DNA from: Diplonema japonicum
Taxonomy: Eukaryota; Protista; Euglenozoa: Diplonemea
Assembly (NCBI GenBank): GCA_964019335.1
Contig: OZ025709.1
Span: forward strand, 442,389 to 506,388
Direction of reading: 5' to 3'
Length of the DNA stretch: 64,000 nt
The notes beneath the pieces were generated by a model. It saw only the letters and a program-made list of their open reading frames with translations, did not search any database and was not told the DNA's origin. This document shows positions 47,748 through 59,941 of this stretch, piece after piece; the stretch's first letter is position 1, and each line of letters opens with the position of its first letter. The position numbers and the translations under genes are program-made.

Positions 47748-48572
47748 ATGTCGTGCTGTCCACCTGGGGCGGTTGGTTACCTGGAGCCGCAGGGAGAGGA
47801 CGGAAAGAAGGCTACTGCCGGCGGGTTTGAGGTGTACGAGTCCGGTGAATTTGGGAAGCCGATGCTGTTGCTGCTTCCGGACATCTGGGGGTGGAACAGT
47901 GGTAGGATCCGCAGCTTGGCTGACAACTTCGCAAAGAACGGGTACTTCGTTGCCATTGCCAAGGTGATGCCAGCGTTTGAGGGCGGGACAGACGATGATG
48001 CCCTGCCCCCCTTCTTTGAAATGTCGAGGGTGAAGGAGTGTGTCTTCCCCCTCTTCGTGGGTGAATGGGGTGTCGAGGCAGTTGTTCCGAAGATCCAAAA
48101 GGTGTTGGAGCACTACGCTAGCAAAGGGGTGGAGAAGGTTTCGTTGTACGGGTTCTGCTACGGAGGATGGGTCGGCATGCATCTTGCTGCTTCGAAGACA
48201 GCTATTCCTATTGTGTGTGCTGCTTCATCGCACCCTTCCATCCACATTGAGGGGCTGCTCGGCAAAGACCCTTCTGCTCTCGCGAGCAAGCAGTCGTGTC
48301 CATGGCTCTTCCAGCCTACTGGTGTGCTTGGTGCCGAGGGGGCAGACCCTGATATGTACGATGCTGGCGGTGTTCTGATGAAGGCTCTTGAGGAGCTGTA
48401 CCCTGGTAAGAACCAGTCCACGAGGTACACGGCACAGCCTCATGGTTTCGTAAACAGGGGTGCCATCACCAACGGAACGGTCATTGGATCTAACGACAAT
48501 ACCAAGTCCGACATTGAGAAGGCTATCACAGAGGTCTTGACATTCATGGAGAAGAGTGGTGCCAAATGCTGA
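47748..48572 (+). CDS. Dienelactone hydrolase family alpha/beta hydrolase
   Basis: MSCCPP start, PDIWG, nucleophile motif GFCYGG and HGF catalytic His. A pyrimidine-rich tract and AG lie just upstream (~47732), a candidate trans-splice acceptor. Confidence 0.9.
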   Translation: MSCCPPGAVGYLEPQGEDGKKATAGGFEVYESGEFGKPMLLLLPDIWGWNSGRIRSLADNFAKNGYFVAIAKVMPAFEGGTDDDALPPFFEMSRVKECVFPLFVGEWGVEAVVPKIQKVLEHYASKGVEKVSLYGFCYGGWVGMHLAASKTAIPIVCAASSHPSIHIEGLLGKDPSALASKQSCPWLFQPTGVLGAEGADPDMYDAGGVLMKALEELYPGKNQSTRYTAQPHGFVNRGAITNGTVIGSNDNTKSDIEKAITEVLTFMEKSGAKC

Positions 48573-48865
48573 AGTGACTGAACTGGGCTCCTGGAGTAAA
48601 AGGGGCCAACCTTAAGGCGTCTCCTTTAGAACGTTTCTTTTGTTGTTTCAAGTAGTTTACCTCCGCATCATACTACAACAGGAAGGGATCGATAGACGAT
48701 GGATCTTGACAATAAAGACCCGAAGAGGGCAATCATGTACCTCAAGGGCACCGAAGAGACCACCGACTAACCCCCACCACTAGCCGTCTACCTAGTAAGC
48801 CATTCAAGGCAGCGGGAAGAAAACAAAGTAAATGAAGTGTAATTAACCATCTATCAACGAGCGTC

Positions 48866-50815
48866 TATATATGGGTCGATTTCAAACCCCCCCCCCCCCA
48901 AAATGAGGCCAATTGACACTTTCGTTGCATCTTTGGGCATGCCGCCCCCTTTAAAAAAATTCTCCATATTTCCCGGCCCATATTAGGAAAGAACCCGGGT
49001 CAGAAATCGCTCAAGGGTGCTATTTTGACCTATGAAAAATTCAGTCTTAGGGTCAAAATCGGGTTTTAGTGGTTTTGGTAAAGTCAGAGATTATGCTTTC
49101 AATAGCAAGAAATAGCGAAACTCACTGCTAGAAGGTGGCTGAAATGATGTTGGAAGTGGAAACCTTCATTTCCTAGTCTTCTGCGGCTGAGATGTGCTGC
49201 TGCTGAGTGGGCGACCTCGTTTCTTTTTCATACTATTAGGCCTTCTACCGCATTTTGGGGGGGTTTTAAGAGGCTCATTCGTAGGTGTACTTGGTGCTTT
49301 GGGCTTGTCATGGGGTGGCGAGTATTTTCGTAATTTGGTTACTATTCTTTCTCGTTTTTCAAGTCCGGGAAGGCTATCAGGAACGTCCTCATACTCATCA
49401 CAAGATTCATAGACTGGGGGCCTTTTCTCTGCCCTGTCTGCATCGAGTTCTTTGATGATGTACTTTAGTTCTTTCTAGCTCGTGGACGCACACGTAGCAA
49501 ATACACCCTCCGGTGTGCTCCTGAGCTCATATGCACCTGTAAAATCCGGAAACTCAAGAATTTTCTTTTTGTACGGGCCAAAGACATCAGTAACTACATG
49601 CACGGCACACTGTATCGTATTGGTGATGTTAGCTATTTGTTCCACAGTTTTAATTGTTGTGGAACGAGGCACCCAAAACCAAAAAACACGAGAGAGCACA
49701 CCAAAGTGGCTGTCCCTGTTGTTTTTGCCGTGTTTCTCCCCCAGAAACCACAGGGAAAACGTCCGATCGGGATATACAAAACGAAGACCAAAAAGAACAA
49801 AGTAGCAAAATTCCTTTGCACGAAAGTGACGCCCACCGTCAGTCCAGAGTATCCACTCCATTTTTTTCTTTATTTTTTTCTGTGCCCATGCTACTGTGGA
49901 ACAAGACTTTTCCAACAGTAAGGCCAGCTGCCCTTATTTCATCATGTGTGATGTGGTCAAGCCTCATGCCTCTGACCAATTGGCGCCGTGTGGTGTCTTG
50001 TTGGCTACTAAATCAACCAGAAAATGATAGCAGAAGTGCCGCTAGAAGTTCCCCTTTACACACTACGCCACAAACTAGTGCAGCACAGTCGTTGCCACTG
50101 AGCTTCTCAAAAACCTCTGTGGCGAGTGTCCTGATCGCCGTGGTGTTCCCATTTACCCTTTCTCGGTCCGAATACCATTTTTTTTTACCCCTAGCTTCTC
50201 AACAGCAAGTTTAAAAGCATCCATTTTTGTCACCCCCTCTTTTACTGAATTTGTGCAAAGTGAAAAAACCCATTTTTGCCCCTAGGACTGAATTTTCTGG
50301 GTACCAGTAACACTCACTTTCCCATTTTCTGGGGTGTTTTCTTTCCTTACCTGGGCCGGGAAAGTTGTAGAATTTTTTTTCTTTGGGAAAAAGTACTTAG
50401 AGAAATATTGAAAGTGTCAATTGGCCTCATTTTGGGGGGGGGGTTTTTTTGAAACGATGCCATATAGACGATTTGAAAAAAAATCTTTTACGCAAAGGGC
50501 TTTCAATGCAATACGGCCCGGCCCTTTCTTGCCGGCGGGGTCCTGCGCGGAAAATATGAAAAATATAAACTAAATGCTGCCCTAACTTAACAAGAAAATG
50601 AAAAAATAAAAAAAAACGCCAGCCCAAATTTACCGAGATGAGAAACAACTGTACAACTATTGTGTCCTTACCAACTCGGTTGAGGGTTTTATACCTAAGG
50701 TACCGAGGAGGGTGAACGAGGGGCCGAAGGCCACACCACAGCAGAAAGGTTCGATCAAGAGATAGATTGAGACTCTTCAGGCGTCCTGCCACATACCGCA
50801 GGTACCCTTAAATGT

Positions 50816-50853
<38 letters not shown>

Positions 50854-52077
50854 ACTTGTTTTTTGTACCCCCTCTCAGGCACTTCAGGAACGATATTTTT
50901 GACAATGTTGTGGGGGTGGGCCCTGCTGTGGGCACCCTCTCTCTAGAATTGGGACATCTGGAGGCATTTCCGGGGGCATATAGCCCCGGCGTTGCGCTAG
51001 AATAGCTTTTTTTGAAGTTTTGAAAATTTACCCCCTGGTGGGCAAAAATGGTCCGTTGGTAGATGGTTAAATAGAAAAAAAAAAAGAAAAAAAAAGGGGG
51101 AAAAAAGGAAAGAAATAAATATAAAGGTGCACAATTGCTCAAGCCGACGAAAGCACAAACGTCTCAACACAATAATATTTCAGGGGGAGAATCGAGGATC
51201 GAAGAAGAAAAAAAAAGGGAAAATGAGCATCACAGTGTTTGTGAAGACGAAAGCTGGGGTGGCACAATGTGGAAGTGGCAGGGGCGGAGACAATTAGGAT
51301 TCTGTACAAGAAGGCGGGGTGTGCTGCTGGTTTACTCGAAGGCAAGTTCAAATTGGTTTGGGAGGGAGAGGTCCTGGACAAGAACAGGGGTGAGGAAGTT
51401 CAGGAACTTGGGCTCATGGAGGGCAGCGTGGTCCATGTGGAGGCGAAGTTGAGAACCGTTCAGCTGGAGGAGCTTAAGAGCTCAGATGTGGTTTCGGAGC
51501 TTGAGGGGCTTGTGTCAGCTGACCCTGAGCTGGTTCTGGTGGTGGAGGTGGGGGACTCGCCAGCTGTCGAAGTCTTGTCCATGAGCAGCAGTGACCTTCC
51601 TTCTGGACTTCGGTTACTCGTTGTCACCGACCCCACAGGCCGAGTTGATAATGCTTTTCTTCAACATTGTGAACACCTGACGACTGCTGATCTCATCCTC
51701 TCCAATGCTTCTACCATTGGTGATAGTTTCTTGTCCAGGTGCGAAAACCTAGAAACCATCTATTTGAATGCGATGACCCATATTTATTCCATTGGTGATA
51801 GCTTCTTGTGTAGGTAGAAACCATTGTGATGATACTCGTTCCGTTCTTGTCGAGGTGCGAAAAACTAGAAACTATCGACTTGAGTGCAATGACCAATCCT
51901 TATTGGGCCAAGATTTTTCCGAAGCCGTATAGGGGGATTTTTAACATGCCAAGTAGTGCCAAGATTTTTTTATTAAGGACACGACTAGGAACGCAGAAGA
52001 AGCTACTTCTCGGCCGGGGGGTGCCCCCTGTAATCAAGTAGATAGTTCGTGCTTCGTTGCATGCTTAACACCATCTA
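48866..52077 (+). repeat. 3.2-kb near-identical duplicate of 31617-34828 (TIR transposon + spacer + Ubl-LRR pseudogene)
   Basis: All listed ORFs are identical at offset 17249. Only homopolymer-length differences were noticed. Confidence 0.95.
51223..51909 (+). pseudogene. Ubiquitin-like/LRR paralog (duplicate of 33974-34660)
   Basis: Identical translation and the same lesions. Confidence 0.75.
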
Positions 52078-52086
52078 GTGTTGCAA

Positions 52087-52240
52087 TCTCAAAGCTGTTT
52101 GATGTTTGATGTCGGTGACGAGGTCAGTCAACGCATTAGCTAGAGGCACGGCCCCTAGGGAGGTGGCTCCGCTGGCGGGGAACCTGGTTGCCCTCAGGAA
52201 GAACGACAGGGACGTGTGGCCCATAGCAGTCGAGGATGTG
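52087..52240 (+). mobile_element. Short diverged fragment of the CRE-type RT
   Basis: Matches 54524-54676 (SVTR.VNALARGTAPREVAPL..NLVAL.KNDRDV.PI). Confidence 0.85.
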
Positions 52241-52327
52241 AGTGGGCTTTGCCTTCCTCTGGTGTGTTTCTTTTGGAAAAAAAAAAAAAGAAAAAACATT
52301 CTCAAGTCCCCCTTTTGATTCTTTTTT

Positions 52328-52364
52328 CCAACGATTCTAAAGCTACAGTTTCTGTACTTTATTG
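52328..52364 (+). other. Spliced-leader exon copy (37 of 39 nt)
   Basis: CCAACGATTCTAAAGCTACAGTTTCTGTACTTTATTG. The 3' half matches the conserved euglenozoan SL (CAGTTTCTGTACT.TATTG) and the 5' half resembles the diplonemid SL as I recall it. Confidence 0.85.
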
Positions 52365-52535
52365 GTCGTTCGTGTTCTGCTGGTGCCTGCCGCCTCTGCC
52401 TGGGTTTGCCGCTGCGTCCGTCGTCCGTCGTCGCCGTCGTCCGGGGGGGTTGTTTTGCCCGTCGGCCTGCCCGCCGCTTACCGAAAGGATCCCCTCCCCC
52501 AACACACTTTAAAAAAAAAATAAAAAAAATAAAAA

Positions 52536-53221
52536 ATGGATCCAAGACGGAACGCAAGAGGAGGTGACCACACAAACCGCAGGGAGAAGGAACCCCGACA
52601 GGCCGCCAGGCTGCACACGACGCCAGGGCCGACCCAACCAGACTATCTGGTTGGGCAGTATGAATCCCCACCCCCACCCCCTAGATCCCCCCACCCCCCT
52701 TTAGAAAAAAAAAATAAAATAAAAAATCACTAGTAGAGACCGCGGTTTTGACCGCCGCTGCTACAGCCACGGCCGCCCCAGCCGCCCTGAACGCCGCAGC
52801 CGACCCTGCCGCCCTGATCACCGCAACTGAGACCGCCGCAGCCGCCCCTGCCGCAGCCACGACCGCCGCGACCACGACCCCTGCAGCCGACCCTGCTATT
52901 GTTGAAGAGGGAAGAAAAGAGGGAGAAAAAAAGGGGTGGGTACTGGTGTATGGTGAACACCCTCCCGGGTTGAGGACGGGCCCGGCTCCTGCCTTCCCGA
53001 AAGCCCTGCTTTCAGGAAAGTGGGAGGCCCTGTCTGGGAACTCAGGGAGGGAGACCCTCCAATACGGGTACCGGTGGGAGGGGATGAACGCCAAGGTGCG
53101 CCCCACCACGGGGATCCCAGGGGGGGCGGAGGGGTGGGTAGGTGGCCGCCGCCGCAGGGCTCAAGGTGGTCCCCAACCAGGTACTTGTCAACAAGTACAA
53201 GTCTGGTTGTGGGATTGCCGC
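52536..53221 (+). pseudogene. Truncated AlkB-domain ORF (copy 1)
   Basis: Homologous to 61848-62603. Frameshifts in the A-run (~52720) and at ~53140, and it breaks off at GCGIA just before the HxD motif. Confidence 0.85.
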
Positions 53222-53683
53222 CTAGGTTTATCGTGCCTTGTGTGTCTTATGGAAAAAAAAAAAAAAAAAAACATTCTCAAGGCCCCTTTTTTTATTCTCA
53301 AAAAAAAAAAAAAAAAAAAAAAAAGCCCACAAGGACGATGCCTTTCCCCCTCCTAAATTTTACCCCCTGCTCCACTCATTCCTCCCTAGTATGTTTTTGA
53401 ATTTGCCTCTTCTTCTTTTAAGCCTTTTTTGAGATTTTTATTTTTGAATTTTTATCATTTGGAGTTGCTTCTTCTTCTTCCCCTCTCCCTCCCATAAAGA
53501 AAAAGAGAAACCCATGCCTTCCTCCCAGGTTGGAACTTGATTGTCTGTTTTGGAATATTTTTATTTTCTCTTAAGGTTTATCGTGCCTTGTGTGTCTTTT
53601 GAAGAAAAAAAAAAACATTCTCAAGTCCCCCTTTTTATTTATTTTCTCAAGTCCCCCTTTTTAAAAAAAAAAAAAACCCGCAA

Positions 53684-56600
53684 AGCACGACCCCGTTCAA
53701 CTCGACAAGGGTATGGAAGTGTCACCTGGATGCGCACCTGGAGAGTGATGAGATCCCGGAGAGCGTTCTGAGGAGACTGGACCTCGAGAGGTGCCTGGTG
53801 TGCAGGGGCTGTGTGTGGAAGGGTCAGGGGTGCCACGACGAGTGCAAAAAGGCGGTGCGAAGGGAAGGGGAATACACGACCCCCCCGCCGGCCCCGACGA
53901 GGACCGAGTTACCCAGCCTGGAAGCCATAGCCGCCATGAACGTCACGACCATGGGGTCGATCCCGACGAGCCTTCAAAGACTGTGGGGGCTTACCCTTAA
54001 GCACACTCTGGGCCGGGCGGTGAAGGACAACACAGAGGAGGCTTGGCTGCTGGTGGCGATGCTCCCCAAAGCCTGCCTGTGGAAGAAGAGGGGAGGGAAG
54101 AAGCGGGACAAGGAGACGGAGCTGAGTGTCCAGGCCAGATTGGAGGAGTGGGAGAAGGGAAATTACATGGCCCTCTGGAATAAGCTGGAATCAGGTGAGA
54201 AGGGGGAACCTAAGAACGACGAGGTCTCTAAGGTCGCCAAGGCCACGGAACTGTGCAGCAAAGGGAGGTTCTCGGCAGGAAACGCGGCGCTTGTAGCCCA
54301 GGGGCTGGCGGAAGACAATGAGGATTGCTGGAGAGCGCTGCAGAGCAAACATCCAGAGCCACTACACCCCCAATGGGACAACCCGGCGAAGACGAAGGAA
54401 GCGGTAGAAGTCTTGCCGGAAGAAGTGCTGGACGCAATCAGGGACTTCCCGAGGGGGACTGCTGCGGGACCGACTGGGCTGAGAGCCCAGCACATCAAGG
54501 ACGCGGTGGACGGAGCTTTTGAGTCTCAAGGCTGTTTGATGTCGGTGACGAGGGCAGTCAACGCATTAGCTAGAGGCACGGCCCCTAGGGAGGTGGCTCC
54601 GCTGATGGCAGGGGCGAACCTTGTGGCCCTCAAGAAGAACGACAGGGACGTGCGGCCCATAGTCGTTGGGGATGTGCTGCGTCGGCTGGTGGGGAAATCC
54701 CTTGTGAAGAAGATCGCTCCGGAAGTGGCCTCTTCGTACCTGAAGAAAGGCGGCCAGGTGGGGGTATCGGTCCCTGCTGGAATGGAGGCGGCTATACACA
54801 CCATCAGGCAGTATGTGGACAGGGAACGGGGCAACAAGCAGGAAAACAAGGTGATCCTCAAGATCGACTATGCCAACGCCTTCAACAGTGTTTGTCGGAG
54901 ACAGCTGTGCTCACAGGCCTATGAGCAAGCGTCGGGGCTGTATGCGTGGGCCGATTGGTGCTACAGGGTGCCCTCCCAATTATACTACAACGGAAAGGTG
55001 ATTAAGTCCCAGGAAGGGGTGCAACAGGGGGACCCGATGGGACCACTGCTGTTCTCTCTGGCCATCCAACCCCTGGTGAACAAGATAAGTGAAGACTGCA
55101 ACCTGGACATCCTCCAGTTCTACCTGGACGATGGCGTCCTTGTGGGGAATGTGGATGAAGTGAGAAAGGCGTACAACATCTTGTGTGAGCTGAGCGGAAT
55201 GATAGGGCTGAAAGTGAAACCCCAGAAGTGCGAGCTCATATGGGTTAGTGGCGACCTCCCCCAGACAGTGGAGGACACAGGCTTCGATGGCCGGTCTCCA
55301 CGGCTAACCCGGTCGCAGACACGGCCCCTGCCACAGATCCAGTCCCCGCAACCAGCCCAGTCGCTGACCCGGTCCCCGTCACAGACCCGGTCCCCGCAGC
55401 TAACCCGGTCCCTGTCACGGACCCGGCCCCCACAACCAACCCGGTTGGAGACACGGCCCCCATCACAGACCCGGTCCCCGCAGCCAGCCCAGTCGCTGAC
55501 CCGGTCCCCGTCACGGATCCGGTCCCCGCATCTGGCCCGGTCTCGATAGTCCCTGACGACCCAGTGCCCACAACTGGCCCAGTCTACGCCACGGACCTAG
55601 TCAGTTCGCCTGGCCCGATCTCTGTCACGGACGCAGTCCCCACCACAGGCCCGGTCCACGCTTCTAGTCTGATCCCCTCCGCAGACCCGGTTCCAACACC
55701 AGGCGCAGCCTCCACCAGAGACCCGGTCCCCGCGTCTGACCCGGTCCTCGCCTCGAACCCGTTACCCGAAGTTGATGCCCTCCCCGTTACAGACCCAGTC
55801 CCCGTGCAGATGGACCTGTCTGAACCTCTGGGGCAGCATGGATCGACGACATGGGTGCAACCCGAGCCCTCAACGAAGGCGGTCGCCCCACCACCCCTCT
55901 TGACGACAGCGGAGCCCTGGGTGCCGTTAGCTCTGACGACGATGTCGCAACGACAGATGCAAAGCAGTAGCAGGACTGCGTTAGGACGGGGCACTTCTAC
56001 TTCTCCTCCTTCTTTTTCTGCTTCTTCTTCTTTTACGCGAACAACGACGACTGTCCATCAGAGTCTGCTGTGGTCCGATGTCCCGGGGCACCAACGAGGT
56101 CGTGGGGGCATCACGAGAGGTCGCACGTCAAGCCCCGGATCACAACCGAGACGCGCACACAGCGCAACGACCGCGTGTTTCCCTCGCACCCCAGAACGAT
56201 TCTCACCCCTGGCCGGTCTGTCGGCTACAGACGACCTGTACATGCCGGAGCTGACACAGCACAGCAGAGACATGTACATGCTGGAGCCACCCGCGGATTT
56301 GACTGCTGCGACGGAACCTCCTCCTCCCCCACAGGGGGACATGTACATGCTGGAGTCACCACCCACGGAGTCGACGCAAACAGACGACGACCCCCATCCT
56401 CAGTCAGCGAGACCTGCCCCACGGGGGACCGATGAGGCACAGAGAAATCTGAAGGTGGTCATAGACCTGACTGGCGACGACGACGACAAAGTCTCTGCCC
56501 CGACCTCGACCCCGCCATCGGAAACGGCGGAACCTGCGCCACGGACGGAGGAGCTGGAACTGGCATGCCTCACTACCCACGACGGCGACGAAGCCCTGGC

Positions 56601-59600
56601 CCCACACTCAGCCCCAGCCCCGGCCCCGCCCCTCGCAAGCCACCACAAGAAGAAGCGAAAGGGAGGCGCATGCCCGGACGTGTACCTTGGCCACGACACC
56701 AAGCTGGTAAGGACCAGCACAGATCGTGCACCAGAGCCACCTCTGCTCGTCAAATGGCGGTCCAAGAGCGCGAAGCGCGGGCAGTTGTGCGACGGACAAG
56801 CGGAGCCCGCAAAGAAGAAAGACCGCTTGGACCTCCTCAGGGCGAACCGACGGTCGGGCAAGGCCGCCGTTCACGCCCTGGCTGAAGAACATCGAGCGGG
56901 TCTGGAAGATAAGCTCTCCCACACGAAACTGGCGACGGCCGGGATCGTCGAAGCGGAAGGGGAGTGGACGCCAGAAGCCATGATACGGGTCTGCAAACAC
57001 GTGCTCGGCGAAGAGCCTAAAACCGCGAAGGAACTCGGGATTCACATGAAGTTTGTCCGGTTCGCCCTCATCCTGGACTTTGACAAGACGTGGATCATGG
57101 CCAGGTATGACTCGGAAGGCTGGAAGGCGAAGGGGGACGTCGAGAGACGGCAGCAGTTCACGCGGCACGGAGATATGAGAGCCTTGAAGGATCACTACTT
57201 CGTGGCCACTGACTGGCTGTTCTTCACCACGCTGCAGTGGCATAATGTGGGACAGCGCCACCCCCCAAGAACCACGAAGACCTTACGCAAGTAAGAGTGC
57301 TGGCCCGGCGAGCTACGAGGGCAAAAAACCTCTTTTCTCCTTGGAGATGAGAACATATATTATAGTGCGACATGATCAGACTGGAACGGCCGCCCCGGGG
57401 CATCCTCTGCTCAACCCGGCGGACGTGGGAGGCCCTTCTTCGGAAGGTGCCAGTCGCTTGATCAGTGTCGTCGAATGCGCGCTATATTTTACATTTTATA
57501 AGTACATATAACAATCGATTGAAAGAAGAAGAACGTTTACCAAAGGCTTCGATGGCCTGACAGAAGAGAATTTCCACAAAGAGAGGAACTTCATGCTCCT
57601 GGGGGCGCCGATAGGATCGCCAGAGTACACGCAAGCCTTTCTGAACAAACGCTTGGACGCGCTGGAAGAGAACTTCGACATGCTGACCAAGGTGGGGAGG
57701 CAGGGTACACACTTCTCCGGAAGGTGGGGAGACAGGGTACACACTTCTCCGGTATTGCAGCTCATACAGCAAACTGGTGTTTTACATGAGAGTGGTCCCA
57801 GACTCGCATGTGGGAGGGGTCATGCACAGGTTCGACGAGATGGTGCGGAAGACGATGTCGAAGGTGTGCGGCATGCAGTTCGAGAGCGGGTCGAAAGAAT
57901 GGCAGCAGGCGAAACTGTCCGTAAAAGTCGGTGGGCTTGGGATGAGGAGCTGCCAGGAGCACCTGCGCGCGGCCAACATGGCTTCGAGGGCGTCGACGAT
58001 GAAGCTGTGCAAGGAGCTGGATCCCAAATACGAACATGGGCTGGAAGGGGGTGTATGGGGGAGCTGGCTCGAGTGGTTCAACAGGACGAAAGGCGGCATG
58101 CAGATTACACCCGACATGGTGGCCAAGGCCCCCCACATCTGCAGCCAGAGGTGGCTCTCTAGGGTGCTTGATGAGAAGGCGCTGGAGGACCTCTTGGCGA
58201 AAGCAGATGCACGCTCGAGAGCGAGGTTGATGTCGGAGTCAATGCACTATGCGGGGGCGTGGTTGACGGCGACGCCTGACTTCTACAACCAGCTGTCGGA
58301 CAACGAGTTTGGGGCTCTGATCAAGTGGTGGTTGGGGGCTCCGGTCTACAAGCAGGGTGAGAGCTGCCACGACCCGAGGTGCAAGACTGAGGGGATGGAC
58401 GTATGGGGTGACCATGCCCAGGGATGCGGCAACGCCAGGATTGCGAGGCACGACCGGGTGAAGGAGACCATCCACAGACACTGTCAGTGGGCCGGGGTGA
58501 GCGCAACGATGGAGAAGACGGGGCTGATCCCGGGGTCGTCCCAGCGCCCGGCGGACGTGTTCTTCCCAGGTGGGGGGGTTCCCGCCCAATGGCTATGGAC
58601 GTGGTCATCGTGCACCCGAGGAACGAGTCTTGTGTCAACCAGGCGGCGAAGACTGCGGGGTATGCAGCGGCGAAGGCGGAACACTACAAGCGCCAGAAGT
58701 ATGAGGCGGAGCTCGCCAAGACACGCGTGGCCTTTGTACCTTTCGCGATGGAGACCTTCGGGGGGTTCGGGGAGGCAGCGGTCTACCTCACGAAGAAACT
58801 GTCCAGGAGCATAGCTGCGCGGGCCCACGGGGACAGAGTCTCGATACACAGGCGTGTGGTCCAAGAGGTGTCAACGGCCATGATGAGATCGATAGCAGGG
58901 GCGCTGTTAGTCAAAGGGCCTGTACAGTTGGATCCCGGGCCCCCGGTACCGGACGGCGAAGAGGAAAAAAAGGACAACGAGGAAGCGAACAACGAACCCA
59001 ACACTGAATCCAACACTGACCTCACAGAGGACTCCTTCGGCAATGAAAAAACCACCGAAGCTGAGGAGTCGTCCGAGAGGGAAGTGAAGGGACAGGGAGG
59101 CGGACCCCCAATCACGGTGGCCCACCAGCTGGATGCCCTTCTGGAGCAGACGAAGAAGGACCTGGACGCCCGAATGCAGCAGCAGCGAAAGGCGGAACCG
59201 GTGGAGGGTGGAACACAAGGGAAAGCGGGAGCAGGACTCGAAGCAGCCTCGCCGGGAGGAGAAGACACGGAGATGGCCGGAACAGGATCCAGCGAGAGGG
59301 CTGGGCAGGGAGGGGAGCTTGACCCGAAGGCCCAGGAAGATGGGAAGAGACAAGGGGCGACTGACGCTGCGGTGAACCGGACCTTGGACCAGTGTCCTAA
59401 GGGGGATACGGAGGCCCAGAGGGACTCGAACAAGGGGGTCTGCGGAAGATGGGTGTTGAAGAGGTCGACCTGCAGTCAGCGGTGGTGACGGTCCCGGGGT
59501 TGTTCGAGGACGTCTCCTTTGAGAGGTACCTTGGGCTGTTGGCCCGGAAGAAGGAGGAAGACAGGGAGAGGCGGCCTGAGGTGGTTGCCACGGACCTCCC

Positions 59601-59909
59601 CACCCTGGAAGAGCTGAAGTGGAGCAAGAAGGACAAGAAGCGGGCCCGGGCCCGATCGGCCAGTACTGACTCGGATTGTGTGGAGGGTGGCTACATCTAT
59701 CTGAAGGGTACGGGGGCGGATGGCACCGTGGTCGAAGCCAACATATGCAGGGGTGAGCTCAAGGGGATGACCAGGCCCCAGTTCAAGTTCTTGGCGGAGC
59801 ACAGGTTGATGGAGGAGCTGGGGAGCGACGACCTGGTGCGGGACACGGTCAAGGTGCGCAACACGTCCCCCTTTTTATTTTTATTCACAAGTCCCCCTTT
59901 TTAAAAAAA

Positions 59910-59940
<31 letters not shown>
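53684..59940 (+). mobile_element. CRE/SLACS-clade non-LTR retrotransposon (Zn finger-RT-CCHC-RLE), 5'-truncated and disrupted
   Basis: Half C2H2 finger (F..RVWKCHLDAH), AAGPTGLRAQH, VRPIVVGDVLRRL, KIDYANAFNS, GVQQGDPMGP, FYLDDG, LLGAPIG, QAKL..GGLG, CHDPRC..HAQGC, RHD, RPAD, MDV, K.QKY, PFAMETFGG. Lesions: 2.25-kb insertion, 32-bp duplication near 57690-57752, frameshift at G-run ~58575. A-run at 59903-59940. Confidence 0.92.
55293..57543 (+). mobile_element. 2.25-kb insertion in the RT, flanked by a 14-bp TSD and carrying a 5'-truncated ORF
   Basis: AGGCTTCGATGGCC at 55279-55292 and 57544-57557. Removing the insert and one repeat restores DTGFDGLTEENFHKERNFMLLGAPIGS. The insert frame is open from its left edge to 57294 with 18-bp xTDPVP repeats. 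Confidence 0.9.

Positions 59941-59941
<1 letters not shown>

Noticed and set aside
52328-52450. Functional SL RNA gene
   Set aside because: The first nucleotides are missing, there is no conserved upstream flank, no recognisable SL intron or T-tract, and an ORF leader follows.
57368-57470. SECIS element or hammerhead ribozyme
   Set aside because: ATGA..AA..GA is present but the apical region is far too large and the upstream ORF ends in TAA. No CUGAnGA/GAAA core on either strand.
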